Positions 62,977 through 64,000 of a stretch of DNA of 64,000 nucleotides are shown here, piece after piece. The position numbers were made by a program, and so were the translations under genes. The DNA lies in contig JAXLNO010000177.1 in NCBI GenBank assembly GCA_038087875.1, positions 62,001-126,000 of the forward strand. The letters run 5' to 3'. The notes under the pieces were generated by a model that was not told the DNA's origin, searched no databases, and saw only the letters and a list, made by a program, of their open reading frames with translations. Source of the stretch: Malacoraja senta (lineage: Eukaryota). Each line of letters opens with the position of its first letter. Position 1 is the first letter of the stretch.

Positions 62977-63238
62977 TCAAGTTAGCCAGTTTTTGAAACA
63001 GAGACAACTGTCTTTTTTTGGATTTGGATCCAGCAGTTGTTTGACTAATGTACGCTTCAAAATTTGCACTGTGCGTTCTGCTGCTCCATTTGAAGCGGAA
63101 TGATATGGAATGACTCTAGTGTGTTTTACACCATTCCATTTCATGAATTGTGTAAACTCTTGTGAACAGAATTGACGTCCGTTATCAGACACAATTTCCT
63201 CTGGAAATCCACAGGACGCAAACAGTCCTCGCAAAATT
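62977..63238 (-). mobile_element. Gypsy-type integrase core fragment
   Basis: GFPEEIVSDNGRQFCSQEF...PYHSASNGAAERTVQILK. Confidence 0.85.
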
Positions 63239-63239
63239 T

Positions 63240-64000
63240 AGGGTAAGGGGGGAGAATGAGGGCCATGGCAGTTTACTGTTCTGGACGTCAGATGTGGGAG
63301 GTCATGGAGTCTGATACCCCTCCAGACGTCCACATCTGTGTCAGGTGCGTAGAGATGGGGTTCCTAAGGGACCGTGTTAGGAACCTGGAGCAGCAGCTCG
63401 ATGACCTCTATCTGATCAGGGAGAGTGAGGAGGTCATAGAAAGGAGTTATAGGGAGGTGGCCACTCCAAGACCACGGGAGGCAGAAAAGTGGGTCACAGT
63501 TAGGATGGGAAAGGGGCAGAGGCAGGGACTAGTGAGTGGCTGTACACCTTGAAAATAAGTAGTACTGTTTGAGTACTGTTGGGGGGGGGGACAGCCTTCC
63601 TGGGGGTAGCGACAGCGGCCGGGCCTCAGGCACAGAGACAGGCCCTATTGCTCAGAAGGGTAGGGAAAAGAAGAGGAGGGCAATAGTAATAGGGGACTCT
63701 ATGGTTAGGGGGTCGGATAGGCGATTCTGTGGATGCAGTCAGGAGACCCGGATGGTAGTTTGCCTCCCTGATGCCAGGGTCAGGGATGTGTCTGAACGCG
63801 TCCAAGATATCCTGAAATCGGAGGGAGAGGAGCCTGAGGTTGTGGTACATATAGGTACCAATGACATAGGTAGAAAAAGAGAAGAGGTCCTGAAAGGAGA
63901 ATTTAGGGAGTTGGGAGGAGAGTTAAGGAGAAGGACCACAAAGGTAACAATCTCAGGATTACTACCTATGCCACGCGACGGTGAGAGTAGGAATGGAATG
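63240..64000 (+). mobile_element. CR1 LINE of the same family as 8082-14075: ORF1 region, running off the window
   Basis: MRAMAVYCSGRQMWEV...HICVRC...GDSMVRG...HIGTNDIG; closely similar to 9395-10160. Confidence 0.92.

Overview
Repeat-dense eukaryotic genomic DNA. The repeat set (V-SINE/HE1-like SINEs, CR1 LINEs, Rex1, Penelope termini) suggests a cartilaginous fish, probably a skate or ray; this is an inference. I found no intact host gene. Main contents: (1) a large, imperfect inverted duplication (left arm 1-~4013; right arm ~4330-8081 plus 14076-14684) around a CpG-rich, promoter-like spacer, with a ~6 kb CR1 inserted into the right arm only; (2) many Penelope-derived termini carrying minimal hammerhead-ribozyme motifs; (3) a decayed foamy-virus-like (spumaretroviral) pol (RT, tether, RNase H, integrase N-terminus) at ~19480-21386 on the minus strand, with a candidate 3' LTR at 16157-16779; (4) a four-exon kelch-repeat pseudogene (31311-39013, minus) whose last intron holds a Gypsy LTR element with both LTRs and a TSD; (5) two near full-length Rex1-type LINEs, a second nested CR1, tandem Vingi-like LINEs, ISL2EU-like, hAT and Harbinger DNA-transposon remnants, SINEs and minisatellites. 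All family assignments come from by-eye translation and motif recognition, not database searches.
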